From positions 1 through 64,000 of the forward strand of contig JBAXKC010000001.1 of NCBI GenBank assembly GCA_037137535.1: a stretch of 64,000 nucleotides of DNA, given 5' to 3'. Positions 30,485-41,137 of the stretch are shown here, in pieces. This DNA comes from a bacterium (lineage in GTDB: Bacteria; Cyanobacteriota; Vampirovibrionia; Gastranaerophilales; JBAXKC01). The notes beneath the pieces were generated by a model, which made no database searches, was not told where the DNA came from, and worked only from the letters and a program-made list of their open reading frames with translations. The stretch's first letter is position 1, and every line of letters starts with the position of its first letter. A program made the position numbers and the translations under genes.

Positions 30485-32188
30485 ATGATGAAAATTAACA
30501 AATTATTTAGTTTTCTTGCAGGGAAGAGAGAGATAGCCGGGGTTTTTATATCCCCCAGGTCAACCATTGAACTTGTGCTGATCGACATTGATACAAATAA
30601 AGTAATTAAACATAAATCTGTAGATTTCTCCTATGACGTAGTGCAAAGACAAATAACAAGTATGCAGCTCCTTGAAACAACAATGATAGGTCTACTCGAC
30701 GAGCTTAATATCCCACAAAACATGCCTATAGTCCTATCCTTACCAACGATTTTAATTGGTCACCTAACTGCTCCTATTGACTTAAATTATGAAGAAGTAA
30801 AAGAAGCTCTTGTTTCAGAAGCAGAAACAAATTATATCTTTAAAAAATATGATCCGGCCGTAAGTTGGGATAAAGTAACAGTAAACGAAGACACTCAAAC
30901 ACAATATTTACTTTATTCTGCCTTTAGAAAAGAAGAAATAGCTCAGATAGAAGCAACCTTTAAAAAGGTTAAAAGCAATATAGTTGCTATAGACAGCTCT
31001 TATCTGACTGCGTTAAGAGGTCTTGCCGCAACAGGTTTAATTAATAATGATATAGAACAAGGAAATTTATACTCTGTTCTGATTATTGCCCAAAATAGTT
31101 TTGTATTAGTTTCATTAGCAGGCAATAAAATTATTGAAATAAATGAAACACCGCTAGCGTTAAAATCCTTTAATGCTCAAGATATTTATCCGACACTTAC
31201 CTCATATTGCATTGAGGGAATACAAGGGCAAGCGCCTGATCATCTTATTATTGTAAGTGAATCAGATGAAGTATCCGCAGAAATTTTATCTTCTTATGTC
31301 GATGTGGATTGCAAAAAAACCTTTGTTGAGACTAATAAATACGCACAAAACACTTTATTCTATGGAAATCTTGACTTTATGGGAGATAAACCTGCCATAA
31401 TTTCATTAGAAGCAGTTGGCGCCGCATTATATGGCAAGTCATTAATCCCTACATCATTAAATTTCATGGCAAAAGCCAAAGCAGGGCAATCTATAAGCAA
31501 TATCGATATTTCGCTTTTTGGTAAAACAATTTCAATATCGCCCAAAAAAATCAACCAGATTTTAATAATATTAATTGTGTTAGTGGCTGCTCTATATCTT
31601 TCTATTCTTTTAATAGGCTCTTCTATTGATAAATCTATGAGCGTTAATATTGATGAACTTAATCAAAAACTGACATCCTATACGGCACAAAAAGAGCAAA
31701 TAGAAAAAGAGAATGAATCTTTTAAAAAGGGAGATGTCACAGCACAGGTATTATCAGTTTACGAAAATAACGGAAAATTAGTGCAATCATATAATGCAAT
31801 AAGCTCAGTAATCCCTTCGGATTTATGGGTAAATACTGTTGAAATTGACAATAACATGTCCTCTTCTATCAAGGGAAGATCTTCAAATGTTGAATTAATA
31901 ATGCAATATTATCAGGATTTACTTGCAGGTGGAAAATTTAATTCCTTCAAAGTTCAATCTATTAAAATAGCCCAACCTAAAACAGAGGAAAGCAGCACTT
32001 TAACTCAAACACAAAACAATGCTTATCCTTATAATAATACGCCTTATGGAGCAATGAACGGACAACAACCTAAAGTAGAAACAGTTAAGTCTGAATCTGA
32101 AATAGATTTAGCAGAAAAAAGTAAACTATATGACTTCACTCTTGGAGATAGAGCTGTGTCAACATCAACAGAAAAACCAGGTCAATAG
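30485..32188 (+). CDS. PilM-like cytoplasmic domain fused to PilN-like TM/periplasmic domain
   Basis: Actin-like-fold region ending AVGAAL, LNF motif, one TM, coiled coil, IPSDLWV..IKG PilN pattern. Confidence 0.7.
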   Translation: MMKINKLFSFLAGKREIAGVFISPRSTIELVLIDIDTNKVIKHKSVDFSYDVVQRQITSMQLLETTMIGLLDELNIPQNMPIVLSLPTILIGHLTAPIDLNYEEVKEALVSEAETNYIFKKYDPAVSWDKVTVNEDTQTQYLLYSAFRKEEIAQIEATFKKVKSNIVAIDSSYLTALRGLAATGLINNDIEQGNLYSVLIIAQNSFVLVSLAGNKIIEINETPLALKSFNAQDIYPTLTSYCIEGIQGQAPDHLIIVSESDEVSAEILSSYVDVDCKKTFVETNKYAQNTLFYGNLDFMGDKPAIISLEAVGAALYGKSLIPTSLNFMAKAKAGQSISNIDISLFGKTISISPKKINQILIILIVLVAALYLSILLIGSSIDKSMSVNIDELNQKLTSYTAQKEQIEKENESFKKGDVTAQVLSVYENNGKLVQSYNAISSVIPSDLWVNTVEIDNNMSSSIKGRSSNVELIMQYYQDLLAGGKFNSFKVQSIKIAQPKTEESSTLTQTQNNAYPYNNTPYGAMNGQQPKVETVKSESEIDLAEKSKLYDFTLGDRAVSTSTEKPGQ

Positions 32189-32232
32189 ATGACAATCTTT
32201 CAAAGTAGTCCGAGCAAATAAGGTAAAAACTA

Positions 32233-32973
32233 ATGGATAAATTTAAACTTTTAAATAAAATAACTCTAATGTATTTATTTGGATTAATAATTATTACGGT
32301 CTACGGCTATATCTATTTAATTGACCCTATTAAAAAGTCTATTGATGATAAGACCGTTGAACTTAGCACTTTAAAAGATAAAGTAGAATCAGTTAAATCT
32401 CAAATTCCTGAAAAAATGGATAAAAATACCATAGACAGAGCTAAAAGTTTACCTACAACAATATTTGATCCCAGCGTACTTGGGTATGATTCAACAACAG
32501 CAAATGCTTATATACTAGATGGGCTTTTAAAAAAAGTAAAATCCACAAAAAACAAAGTTTTAGAAATAGCCTTTGAAACGGAAGCTCCACAAGGAGAAGC
32601 ACATCCAGCAGTAAATACTCCACCTGCGGCACCTAATGCTCCAACTATAAATCAACAGTTAACTTCACTCGCCTCAAACGGAACGTTAGCTACACCTCAA
32701 GCTACAGCATCAGGAATGCCCTCAATTCCTCAACCGTTGCCAATTCAAAAAACAATAGTTAAAATTCAAATGCTCTCTACTTATGGATCTGTACAGAATT
32801 TACTTGAAAAATTATATACATGGAAATATTTGGCAGGTATTAAAAAAATAAGTATTGATGATCAAAGTGAAGATGGTGGAATACTAAAAGCAATTATAGA
32901 AGTTGAGCTCTATATTAAAACAGGAACCAATACTCCAATTATGCCTTCATCACCAATAGCTACAACCTTATAA
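32233..32973 (+). CDS. PilO-like protein with Pro-rich insert
   Basis: N-terminal TM, coiled coil, TYGSVQNLL..L pattern; follows pilMN. Confidence 0.6.
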   Translation: MDKFKLLNKITLMYLFGLIIITVYGYIYLIDPIKKSIDDKTVELSTLKDKVESVKSQIPEKMDKNTIDRAKSLPTTIFDPSVLGYDSTTANAYILDGLLKKVKSTKNKVLEIAFETEAPQGEAHPAVNTPPAAPNAPTINQQLTSLASNGTLATPQATASGMPSIPQPLPIQKTIVKIQMLSTYGSVQNLLEKLYTWKYLAGIKKISIDDQSEDGGILKAIIEVELYIKTGTNTPIMPSSPIATTL

Positions 32974-33002
32974 ATAAAATAATAATAATAATACTTTGTA
33001 TT

Positions 33003-33036
33003 AACCATATGGACGATTTAAATAGACCATATGGTT
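33003..33036. repeat. Inverted repeat built from two CCATATGG palindromes
   Basis: AACCATATGG-N14-CCATATGGTT. Confidence 0.7.
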
Positions 33037-33157
33037 GTTACATAATCGGGGATTTATATTCATACTTATAGGTGAGGATGTGTAAAAATTACTGCACTTC
33101 AAACAGTATATAATTCTAATAAGTTGAAGTGAAAAGCACTTTTGGAGGTTGGTTAAA

Positions 33158-33502
33158 ATGATAGATAATGTTTACAACCGTAATGATTTATTAATTAATA
33201 ATAACGTTGTAAGACAAAATCAGGAAATGACAGGTGTAGACAGAAGACTAGTCCGTCAAAACCCTTATCAGACAAGTAAAGAATCTTTCGATGTTAAAGA
33301 TATTTCTGACGTTGCAAAACAACTTTATGATAAAGACAAAACTATACAAAAATACAAGCAAATGGTTACGGATATGAGCCAGACTGAAGCTGATACAAAG
33401 GTTAATGACTTAATCAGCAGCGGAAACTTACAAATTAATAATGATGACGTTGCGTCAAGCATGTTAGAAGACTCCGACTTGATAAGTATGCTTTTTAACT
33501 AA
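33158..33502 (+). CDS. FlgM-like anti-sigma28 protein
   Basis: GGAGG RBS; DVKDISDVAKQL and KVNDLISSGNLQINNDDVASSML resemble the FlgM D-x-V-x-IS and I-x-x-G-x-Y-x-V-D-x3-IA-x-K-M-L motifs. Confidence 0.55.
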   Translation: MIDNVYNRNDLLINNNVVRQNQEMTGVDRRLVRQNPYQTSKESFDVKDISDVAKQLYDKDKTIQKYKQMVTDMSQTEADTKVNDLISSGNLQINNDDVASSMLEDSDLISMLFN

Positions 33503-33529
33503 TATACATTTGCTATGGATTTAAAATAA

Positions 33530-34771
33530 ATGAATGAGCTTAGCCCGCAAAATGAGGATATATATCCTCGTGAAATAAGAGAAGAACACAGACAAGGGGT
33601 TATTTGCTTCAATGTGGGCGATTATAAAGAAGCTGAAAACGTTTTTAACCAATTACTACAAAAATATCCCAATATGTCAGAAGCTCACTTGAATTTAGGC
33701 AATGTCTATTTTAAGCAAAAACGTACAGAGGACGCAATTAAGGCTTGGAGAAAAGCATTAAGCATAGATTCAGCACAGGTTAATTGTTATATAAATCTTG
33801 GCAAAGCCTACTATTCAATGGAACAATATGACGAAGCCATCAATCATTGGATTATAGCAATTACAATGGCTCCTAATCATTCAAGTACAATAATGAATTT
33901 AGGTGCAGCTTATGAGAAACTTGGAGATTTATCTACCGCATATAAATATTATGAAGATTTTCTTGAAATGCAAGACTCTTCACTAATTAATGAATACCGA
34001 ACCGTTTATGTAAAAATTGCAAATATTAAAAAAATAGCTTTACATAATCTTAAAATGGGAATTAAATACCAAAAACAAGAAAATTTAAGAAATGCTATTC
34101 TTGCCTATAAAGAATCAATAAAAAGTTATCCAAACTTTCCTAAAGCCCATTTAAACATGGGCAGTATTTGTTATATGGCTGAAAAATACGAACATGCCAT
34201 TAAATACTGGCTAAATTCGATAAACTTAGACCCTGCTTATGCAAAAACCTACTGTAACGTAGCAGTTGCTTACGACAAAATACACAATTACAGCTATGCC
34301 TATTGTTACTACAAAAGATATGTAGAGATAGAAAAAACTCAAAGTCAGGAAATTGAAAATATTAAAAAGAGAATGGATGCACTTTTTAATCATTTTTCAA
34401 AAAAAACTGAACAAAAACAACAGCATTTAGATAAAGCTAAAGATTTTTATCGCAAAAAATTTTTTAAAGAAGCATTGATAGAATATGAAAATTATTCTTT
34501 TGTAAATCTGGACGGAAAGGCCGAAGTAGAAAGCCGAATTCAAGAGCTTAGATATAATCTGAATCCAAAACTTAAAGCCGCAACAACAGCCTATGAAATA
34601 GCAAATACATGCTACGCTCAGCAAAAGTTTGATAAAGCAATAGAAGCGTATAAACGATACTTGCAATTTGACCCTTGCGGTAAATATGCAGATGACGCAA
34701 AACTAAAAATGCTTGAATGTGGTAAACTTATGAGTAGAGCTCTAAAAGCTTTTATGGCGGTCAATTCATAA
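33530..34771 (+). CDS. TPR repeat protein
   Basis: Multiple TPRs (AHLNLGNVY, CYINLGKAY, AHLNMGSIC). Confidence 0.92.
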   Translation: MNELSPQNEDIYPREIREEHRQGVICFNVGDYKEAENVFNQLLQKYPNMSEAHLNLGNVYFKQKRTEDAIKAWRKALSIDSAQVNCYINLGKAYYSMEQYDEAINHWIIAITMAPNHSSTIMNLGAAYEKLGDLSTAYKYYEDFLEMQDSSLINEYRTVYVKIANIKKIALHNLKMGIKYQKQENLRNAILAYKESIKSYPNFPKAHLNMGSICYMAEKYEHAIKYWLNSINLDPAYAKTYCNVAVAYDKIHNYSYAYCYYKRYVEIEKTQSQEIENIKKRMDALFNHFSKKTEQKQQHLDKAKDFYRKKFFKEALIEYENYSFVNLDGKAEVESRIQELRYNLNPKLKAATTAYEIANTCYAQQKFDKAIEAYKRYLQFDPCGKYADDAKLKMLECGKLMSRALKAFMAVNS

Positions 34772-34791
34772 AATATACAGAAAAATTTGGA

Positions 34792-35280
34792 ATGAATATT
34801 AAATTAAAACTTCTGAATAAGCTGGAATCACTCCATTTTGAATTTAGAAAATTTTTTGCAAGTAACGTTCTCGGCAAAAAATATATTCGCACAGGAAAAT
34901 GTAAAGCATGTGGAAAATGTTGTGATGGAATTAATATAAAACGTGCAGGAAAAATGCTGTCTGACAGAGAAGAATTTGAAGAACTTAAAAAACAGCATTA
35001 TTTTTATAATTTCCTGAATGTAGTAGGCGAGTCTGATTTCGGACTGGTCTTTGAATGTAAAAAGCTCGATAAAGAAAAAGGAATCTGCACCGCCTACCAT
35101 CAAAGAGCTTTATTATGCAGAGAATATCCGAATGAAGCCATCTTCATGATGGGCGGAACAATTGGAAAGAACTGCGGCTTTGAATTTACGCCTATCAAAA
35201 CTTTTGACGAAGTTTTTTCTAGCATTAAGAAAAAGTCCGACAAGAAAAATTTCAAATTCATACTTGATGATGAGATGTAA
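34792..35280 (+). CDS. YkgJ-family cysteine cluster (CxxCxxCC) protein
   Basis: CKACGKCC, FEC..L, CTAY..R..LCREYP. Confidence 0.88.
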   Translation: MNIKLKLLNKLESLHFEFRKFFASNVLGKKYIRTGKCKACGKCCDGINIKRAGKMLSDREEFEELKKQHYFYNFLNVVGESDFGLVFECKKLDKEKGICTAYHQRALLCREYPNEAIFMMGGTIGKNCGFEFTPIKTFDEVFSSIKKKSDKKNFKFILDDEM

Positions 35281-35286
35281 AAAAAT

Positions 35287-36396
35287 ATGTTTAAAAATAA
35301 AAAGATTGCAGCACTTTTAATTTTAATAGCATTAGTAATCTCTGCTTATATCTATTCTCAGAAAGATATAGTTACTACTTATATTGGAAAGACTAACGTA
35401 GATAGTGATATAAGAACAGCAATATTGTTAAATAACGGTAAAGTTTTTATTACATCTATTACAGAAAATAAAGCTTGTAAAACAACAGAAAGTTATTTTG
35501 ATCCAAATACAAATAAATTTACTAAAATAAATGAGCGAAATGTATGTGATGGTATAGATTCGATTACAGTGTTACCAAATGATAATATTTTATTTGCTGG
35601 AGGAAGGAGAGTTAATGATGCACTCTCAACCGCAAATATATACAATACCAAGATAAATAAATTTATACCGACAGACAACCTTAAAATAAATCGTATGGGT
35701 TCTCAAGCAATTTTAATCTCTAATGACAAAGTACTCATTTTAGGTGGTATAAAAACATATAGTAGCCAAAAGTTTGATTATACTGAGATATATGATATAA
35801 AATCGGGAACTTTCCACTTGAGTGTTAAAATGCCTAAAAACTTTGAAAGCTTTGGGGCTGAATTATTAAGGAATAATAAAGTATTTATTTTGGGAAGAAT
35901 TATCCCCAAAGACAAGTATAATTTTTCATATCTAACAAAACCAGATTCATTTATTTTATATGATATTAAATCAAAAAAATTTTTTCCTTGTGGAAAAATG
36001 AATGTTGCTCGTTATGGTTATTCAATGACAATGCTTAATAATGGAAATCTTCTTATAGCAGGTGGAGATAAAAAAGCAACGGCAGAAATATATGATTACA
36101 AGAAAAATAAATTTGTTATGACTGGTTCAATGATTGAATCACGTAGAGGACATACGGCAACCCTTTTGAGAAATGGGAAAATCCTAATTACGGGTGGTGC
36201 TTTTGGGCAAGCAGAAATGATAGATTACAGGGACACCTTGGAACTTTATGATCCAAAAACAGGAAAATTTAGTCTTGCTGGAAAAATGAGAGAAAAACAA
36301 GCACACCAAACTGCTATATTATTGAAAAATAATAAAGTTCTTATACTTGGTGGAAATTATGGAAATAAAATTTTAAATACCGTTGAATTGTACTAG
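35287..36396 (+). CDS. Kelch-repeat beta-propeller protein with N-terminal anchor
   Basis: Repeated R..H.A.LL.NGKILI.GG and E.YDP motifs. Confidence 0.9.
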   Translation: MFKNKKIAALLILIALVISAYIYSQKDIVTTYIGKTNVDSDIRTAILLNNGKVFITSITENKACKTTESYFDPNTNKFTKINERNVCDGIDSITVLPNDNILFAGGRRVNDALSTANIYNTKINKFIPTDNLKINRMGSQAILISNDKVLILGGIKTYSSQKFDYTEIYDIKSGTFHLSVKMPKNFESFGAELLRNNKVFILGRIIPKDKYNFSYLTKPDSFILYDIKSKKFFPCGKMNVARYGYSMTMLNNGNLLIAGGDKKATAEIYDYKKNKFVMTGSMIESRRGHTATLLRNGKILITGGAFGQAEMIDYRDTLELYDPKTGKFSLAGKMREKQAHQTAILLKNNKVLILGGNYGNKILNTVELY

Positions 36397-36479
36397 ATAT
36401 AGATAAAGAAATTTATTTCTAAAAATAGCACCTATTTATGCGTATTATTAATAAAACAGGCATTATGCTAAACAAAGAG

Positions 36480-39128
36480 TTAAAGCTCTTTTTTAATGCT
36501 TAATTTTAAGACTAAAAACTTATCCAGCTCAATCGCAATAATAACAGTTAAACCCATCATAACCGTCTGAAGCCAAGTAATAGAATCTAAGGCTTCCGTA
36601 TGAAAAATAAATTGAAGCGGTTTATAATGTAAAATAGCAATTTGAGCTGATAGTGAAAGAATAATACTTATAAATAAAAAAGAATTTGAAAAAGGATTTA
36701 TTTTAAAAATGGATTTCTCAAATGAACGAGAATTAAGTACATTAAAAAACTGAAAAAATACTATTGTATTTAACGCTGTACTTCTTGCATAGTTAATATC
36801 GGCACCATTACTTAACTTATAATGAAATAGATACAAAGAACCAACCGTCATAACTATTCCGACTATTATCAATCTTCTTAACATCATAGAATTGATTAAT
36901 TTTTCATTAGGGTTTATCGGAGGTTTTCTGGTGATGTTCTCTTCTCCCGGTTCATAGGCAAGAGCTACGTCTTGAAGAGCATTTGTAACAAGATTTACCC
37001 ATAAAACCTGTATAGCAAGCATAGGCAAAGGCCATTTTAACAGTAATGCAGTAATAACAATTAATGCAAAAGCTAAACCTGTACTAATCAAGAAAAATAT
37101 TACCTTTTGAATGTTATCAAAAATAATTCGCCCAATTTTTACTGCTTCAAATATCGTTTCATAATTATCATCTTTAAGAATAATGTCAGATGCCTCTTTT
37201 GCTGTGTCTGTTCCTGTTTTTCCCATTGCTATGCCGATAGACGCTTTTTTTAACGCAGGAGCATCATTAACACCGTCACCCGTGACTGCAACAATATGTC
37301 CTAAATTTTTAAGAGTTTCTACAATTTTATATTTTTGAGCAGGAGTTACTCTTGCAAAAACTTTAATTTTTTCAATATTCTGCTTTAAATCTTTTTCCTC
37401 CATTGTTTCAAACTCTTCGCCTGTTACAGCCAAATCACCTTCTTCAAAAATACCTATCTGTTTTGCAATAGCAATGGCTGTTTTTTTATGATCGCCTGTT
37501 ACCATCACCGTTGTAATCCCTGCCTGTTTTGTTAAGAGTATAGCCTCTTTTACCTCCTCTCGAGGAGGATCCATGATTGCTTGAAAACCTAAAAATTCGA
37601 GATTAGTTGTTGCTTCATTTTGAAAATTAAAATTTTGTGGAAAAGACGAAAAAATTTTCATACCAAAGGCCAAGACCCTAAATCCTGAATCTGTCATAGA
37701 AGTATAAACTTTTAACAATTCTTCATTATTTTTATTATTTGAAAATTCTAAAATCTGCTCAGGGCTGCCTTTTGCAAAAATATAGCCTTGATTATCTTTT
37801 TTATTCAATGTTGCCATATAATTTTTCTTTGAGCTGAAAGGAATTTCATCAATTTCTTTATACTGAAAAGTTATTTCCTCAATATCAATTCCAAATTTTG
37901 CCCCAGATACCAAAAGTGCGCCTTCTGTCGGGTCTCCATCAATTTTCCATTCACCATTTTCTTGAAAAAGAATGGAATTATTACAAATTACACCACATAA
38001 CAATAATTTATAAAGGTCCTCATCAATAGTTAATGTCAGATTATTCTGCAAAACTCCGCCATCAGGCTTATAACCACAACATTTAAACTCAAACTCTTTC
38101 AAGTTTGTATAAGCTTTTACAACGGTCATTCTATTTTCAGTAAGCGTTCCTGTTTTATCCGTACATATATAATCGCAACTGCCAAGAGTTTCAACAGCTA
38201 TGAGCTTTCTTACAATCGCATTTCTGTCAGCCATTCGTTTTATCCCGATAGTCATTGTAATAGTAACCACAATAAGCAAACCCTCGGGAATAATACCGAC
38301 TGTAACACTAAGAGTAAAAACAACCATTTCCATTATCGGATCGCCAAGAATAACCCCTAAAGCAAATACTAAAAAAGCTAAACTAATTGATAATAAGGCT
38401 ATTTTTTTGCTAAAATCATCCAATCTTTTCTGCAAAGGTGTTTTTTCTTTTTTTGTTTCTTTAACCTGAGAAGAAATTTTACCAAGTTCAGTATTGAGGC
38501 CTGTTGCTACAACAATAGCTTTTCCAGCCCCATGAGAAACAACAGTTCCCATAAATGCCATGTTTTGCTGGTCTGCTATTGAGATATTATATAAATTTAT
38601 CGGATTAGAATGTTTCAAAGAAGGTAACGACTCACCCGTAAAGGTAGATTCATTTATTTCAAGGTCTTTGACTTCAAAAATTCTAACATCCGCAGGAACT
38701 TTGTTTCCGGCAGTCAAAAGAACAATATCACCAATAACTATATCTTTAGAATCAATTTTTATTTCTTTGCTTTCCCTTATAACAGTTGCTTTTGGAGCTG
38801 CAAGCTCTTTAATGGAAAGCATAGCCTTTTCCGCTTTATACTCCTGTAAAAAACCAAACAATGCATTAACACCGACAATAGTCAAAATAACGCCCATATC
38901 AGTATAATGACCTATTAATAGGGTAATTAAAGCTGCTAGAAGAAGAATATAAATTAAAGGATCTGTAAATTGATGAAAAATCACTTTAAAAAGAAAAGCA
39001 TCTTTTTTCTCTTTAATAATATTCTGTCCATATTGTTGAAGTCTGCTTTTTGCTTCCAGCTTAGTTAATCCGCACTCTGTCGTATTAAGTTCTTTAAAAA
39101 TTTCATTAATCTGTTTTCTGTAAAACAT
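36480..39128 (-). CDS. P-type cation-transporting ATPase (type II, Ca2+-like)
   Basis: TGES, PEGL, DKTGTLT, DPPR, TGDGVNDAPAL. Confidence 0.96.
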   Translation of the reverse strand: MFYRKQINEIFKELNTTECGLTKLEAKSRLQQYGQNIIKEKKDAFLFKVIFHQFTDPLIYILLLAALITLLIGHYTDMGVILTIVGVNALFGFLQEYKAEKAMLSIKELAAPKATVIRESKEIKIDSKDIVIGDIVLLTAGNKVPADVRIFEVKDLEINESTFTGESLPSLKHSNPINLYNISIADQQNMAFMGTVVSHGAGKAIVVATGLNTELGKISSQVKETKKEKTPLQKRLDDFSKKIALLSISLAFLVFALGVILGDPIMEMVVFTLSVTVGIIPEGLLIVVTITMTIGIKRMADRNAIVRKLIAVETLGSCDYICTDKTGTLTENRMTVVKAYTNLKEFEFKCCGYKPDGGVLQNNLTLTIDEDLYKLLLCGVICNNSILFQENGEWKIDGDPTEGALLVSGAKFGIDIEEITFQYKEIDEIPFSSKKNYMATLNKKDNQGYIFAKGSPEQILEFSNNKNNEELLKVYTSMTDSGFRVLAFGMKIFSSFPQNFNFQNEATTNLEFLGFQAIMDPPREEVKEAILLTKQAGITTVMVTGDHKKTAIAIAKQIGIFEEGDLAVTGEEFETMEEKDLKQNIEKIKVFARVTPAQKYKIVETLKNLGHIVAVTGDGVNDAPALKKASIGIAMGKTGTDTAKEASDIILKDDNYETIFEAVKIGRIIFDNIQKVIFFLISTGLAFALIVITALLLKWPLPMLAIQVLWVNLVTNALQDVALAYEPGEENITRKPPINPNEKLINSMMLRRLIIVGIVMTVGSLYLFHYKLSNGADINYARSTALNTIVFFQFFNVLNSRSFEKSIFKINPFSNSFLFISIILSLSAQIAILHYKPLQFIFHTEALDSITWLQTVMMGLTVIIAIELDKFLVLKLSIKKEL

Positions 39129-39565
39129 TTAGATCTCCTGATATTTTCAAGAACTTAACAAGAAAACCAATATAGTGCTATTGTCATAATTTAATTCACT
39201 TTATCAAAGAAATCATTATGCTTTTATATAATTACTTCGGGTATATTTGCTAAAGATTAAAAAATTAAAAATCTTAATTTATGAAAACAAAAGCCATTTT
39301 AGAAGGATTATAAATGTTAACAATAATATGAAAAAGGGTCTTTATCCTTAATCGCCAAAAGCGTTGATACAAGTAAAAATATAGGGACTTGACACTTTAG
39401 CATTGTTTTTTAATTGTAAAGAAAATATAAATTTTAATTGTTTTTTGATTAATATAGCAAATTTTTTCTTTGACTTGTTTTATTATTATCACAACACCTA
39501 TGCGAATGTTTTTTAAAATAAATGAAAGTTAAGGCAAAAAATAAACCGGGAGGTTAGGTAACTAA

Positions 39566-40798
39566 ATGTCTAATGACACTACAACAACTCAAGAACAGAT
39601 TAACTCAATAGATTCCCTGTCAAATAAAAAGAACGTAGCAAAAGCAGACCTTCGAAGAATTGAAATAAGCGAAATTACAGGAAAATTACCAGACCTTAAA
39701 AATTCAAGAGCAACAAAAGATAACTTAATAGCCGGTTGGCTCACAAATTGGATTGATTCATCTTTATCATCAGGCAAAGTTGATAAAAATGACTTACTGC
39801 CAAAGAAAAACGTTCTTGCTAAATTTTTCGGAGTTAGCATCGGAACTGTTCAAACCGCTATAAGACTTATTGAAGACAAAGGTTATGTTGAGTCTAAACA
39901 AAGAATCGGCACTTTTATCAAAGACAGAGAAGAAAATGACTCAGAACTAAGAAAACAGACCTCAAAAAGAGATCAGGCTATTTTAGCAATTAAGCATTTA
40001 ATCACCAAAAATGAATATAAAATTGATGAACCGCTTCCTTCTTCAAGAGAACTTGCAAAAATTATCGGAAGCGCTCCTAATACTACCAGGCTTGCGCTGG
40101 AATTCCTTTCCGGAACAGGTGTTATTGAAGCAATGGGATGTCGTGGAAACAAAGCAAACTGGATTTTAAAACAAATTCCCGATATGCAAAACGAATCATC
40201 TGATATTGCTCTTGAAACCGATACACTTGTAGATCAAGTTGAAAGAGATTTAAAAGAATTTATTGATGCAAGATGCCAAGTAAATGACAAACTTCCTTCA
40301 CACTTTGAACTTGCTGATACTTTAAAAGTAAGTATTAAAACAGTTCATGATGCAATGAAAAGGCTTGTAGAGCAAGGTATTTTACGTTCAAAAAGAGGCA
40401 GATACGGCACATATATTATGAGAAAGCCTTTCTCTTCACCACTAGAACAAAGACCTGAACACTCAATGTTTGCTTCTGCTGAAGATGTAAGTTTCTATAA
40501 CTATGAAAAAATAGAAAAGCATTTAAGACAATTCATCAGCACTAATTACAAAGTAGGCGACAAACTTCCGTCAATGGGAACACTTGCGACAGAATTAAAA
40601 GTCAGCAGCAACACCATCAGAAAAGCACTTCAACAACTTGCTGATGATAAAATAGTAAGTTTTTCAAGAGGAAGATACGGAGGAACTTTTGTTGAAAAAT
40701 TACCTGAAGAAAATACAGAAAAGAAATCTGAAATCGGTTCCTTCACATGGTTATCAGTAAACAGCCCGAGTAGAGTTTATCAAACAAACGAATCATAA
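39566..40798 (+). CDS. Protein of four tandem GntR-type winged-HTH domains
   Basis: Four LP[SK]..ELA/LA...VS..T[VIT]..A...L...G motifs; no effector domain recognisable. Confidence 0.88.
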   Translation: MSNDTTTTQEQINSIDSLSNKKNVAKADLRRIEISEITGKLPDLKNSRATKDNLIAGWLTNWIDSSLSSGKVDKNDLLPKKNVLAKFFGVSIGTVQTAIRLIEDKGYVESKQRIGTFIKDREENDSELRKQTSKRDQAILAIKHLITKNEYKIDEPLPSSRELAKIIGSAPNTTRLALEFLSGTGVIEAMGCRGNKANWILKQIPDMQNESSDIALETDTLVDQVERDLKEFIDARCQVNDKLPSHFELADTLKVSIKTVHDAMKRLVEQGILRSKRGRYGTYIMRKPFSSPLEQRPEHSMFASAEDVSFYNYEKIEKHLRQFISTNYKVGDKLPSMGTLATELKVSSNTIRKALQQLADDKIVSFSRGRYGGTFVEKLPEENTEKKSEIGSFTWLSVNSPSRVYQTNES

Positions 40799-40817
40799 GT
40801 AAAAAATAACTAAAAGC

Positions 40818-40860
40818 AAAAGAGAAGAATGTTAATTAATAACGTTCTTCTCTTTTTTTT
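40818..40860 (+). terminator. Intrinsic terminator
   Basis: AAAAGAGAAGAATGTTA / TAACGTTCTTCTCTTTT plus T-run. Confidence 0.85.
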
Positions 40861-40935
40861 GGCAATTTCTCGGCTTTATTTGTTTTTATATAAATAAGAA
40901 CGATTTTGCTTTTGACATGACGAAAAGGGGATACC

Positions 40936-41133
40936 ATGTTTAGCCCACAATTTATGAACTACATTATTGATCCGACAAGCGAAGAAGAAAACTCCTCAAA
41001 AACACTTCACATCGAAAATGATGAAAAAATAACAAATGAAGTAGACCTGCTTAAAAATCAGGCAGGTGATTTTATTAATCAGGTTAGTCTAGCTTTAAAA
41101 GGAATAAAAAATAAACTTACAAATAAAGCATAA
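40936..41133 (+). CDS. Small hypothetical protein, 65 aa
   Basis: AAGGGGA RBS before ATG; fills an intergenic gap. Confidence 0.65.
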   Translation: MFSPQFMNYIIDPTSEEENSSKTLHIENDEKITNEVDLLKNQAGDFINQVSLALKGIKNKLTNKA

Positions 41134-41137
41134 ACAA

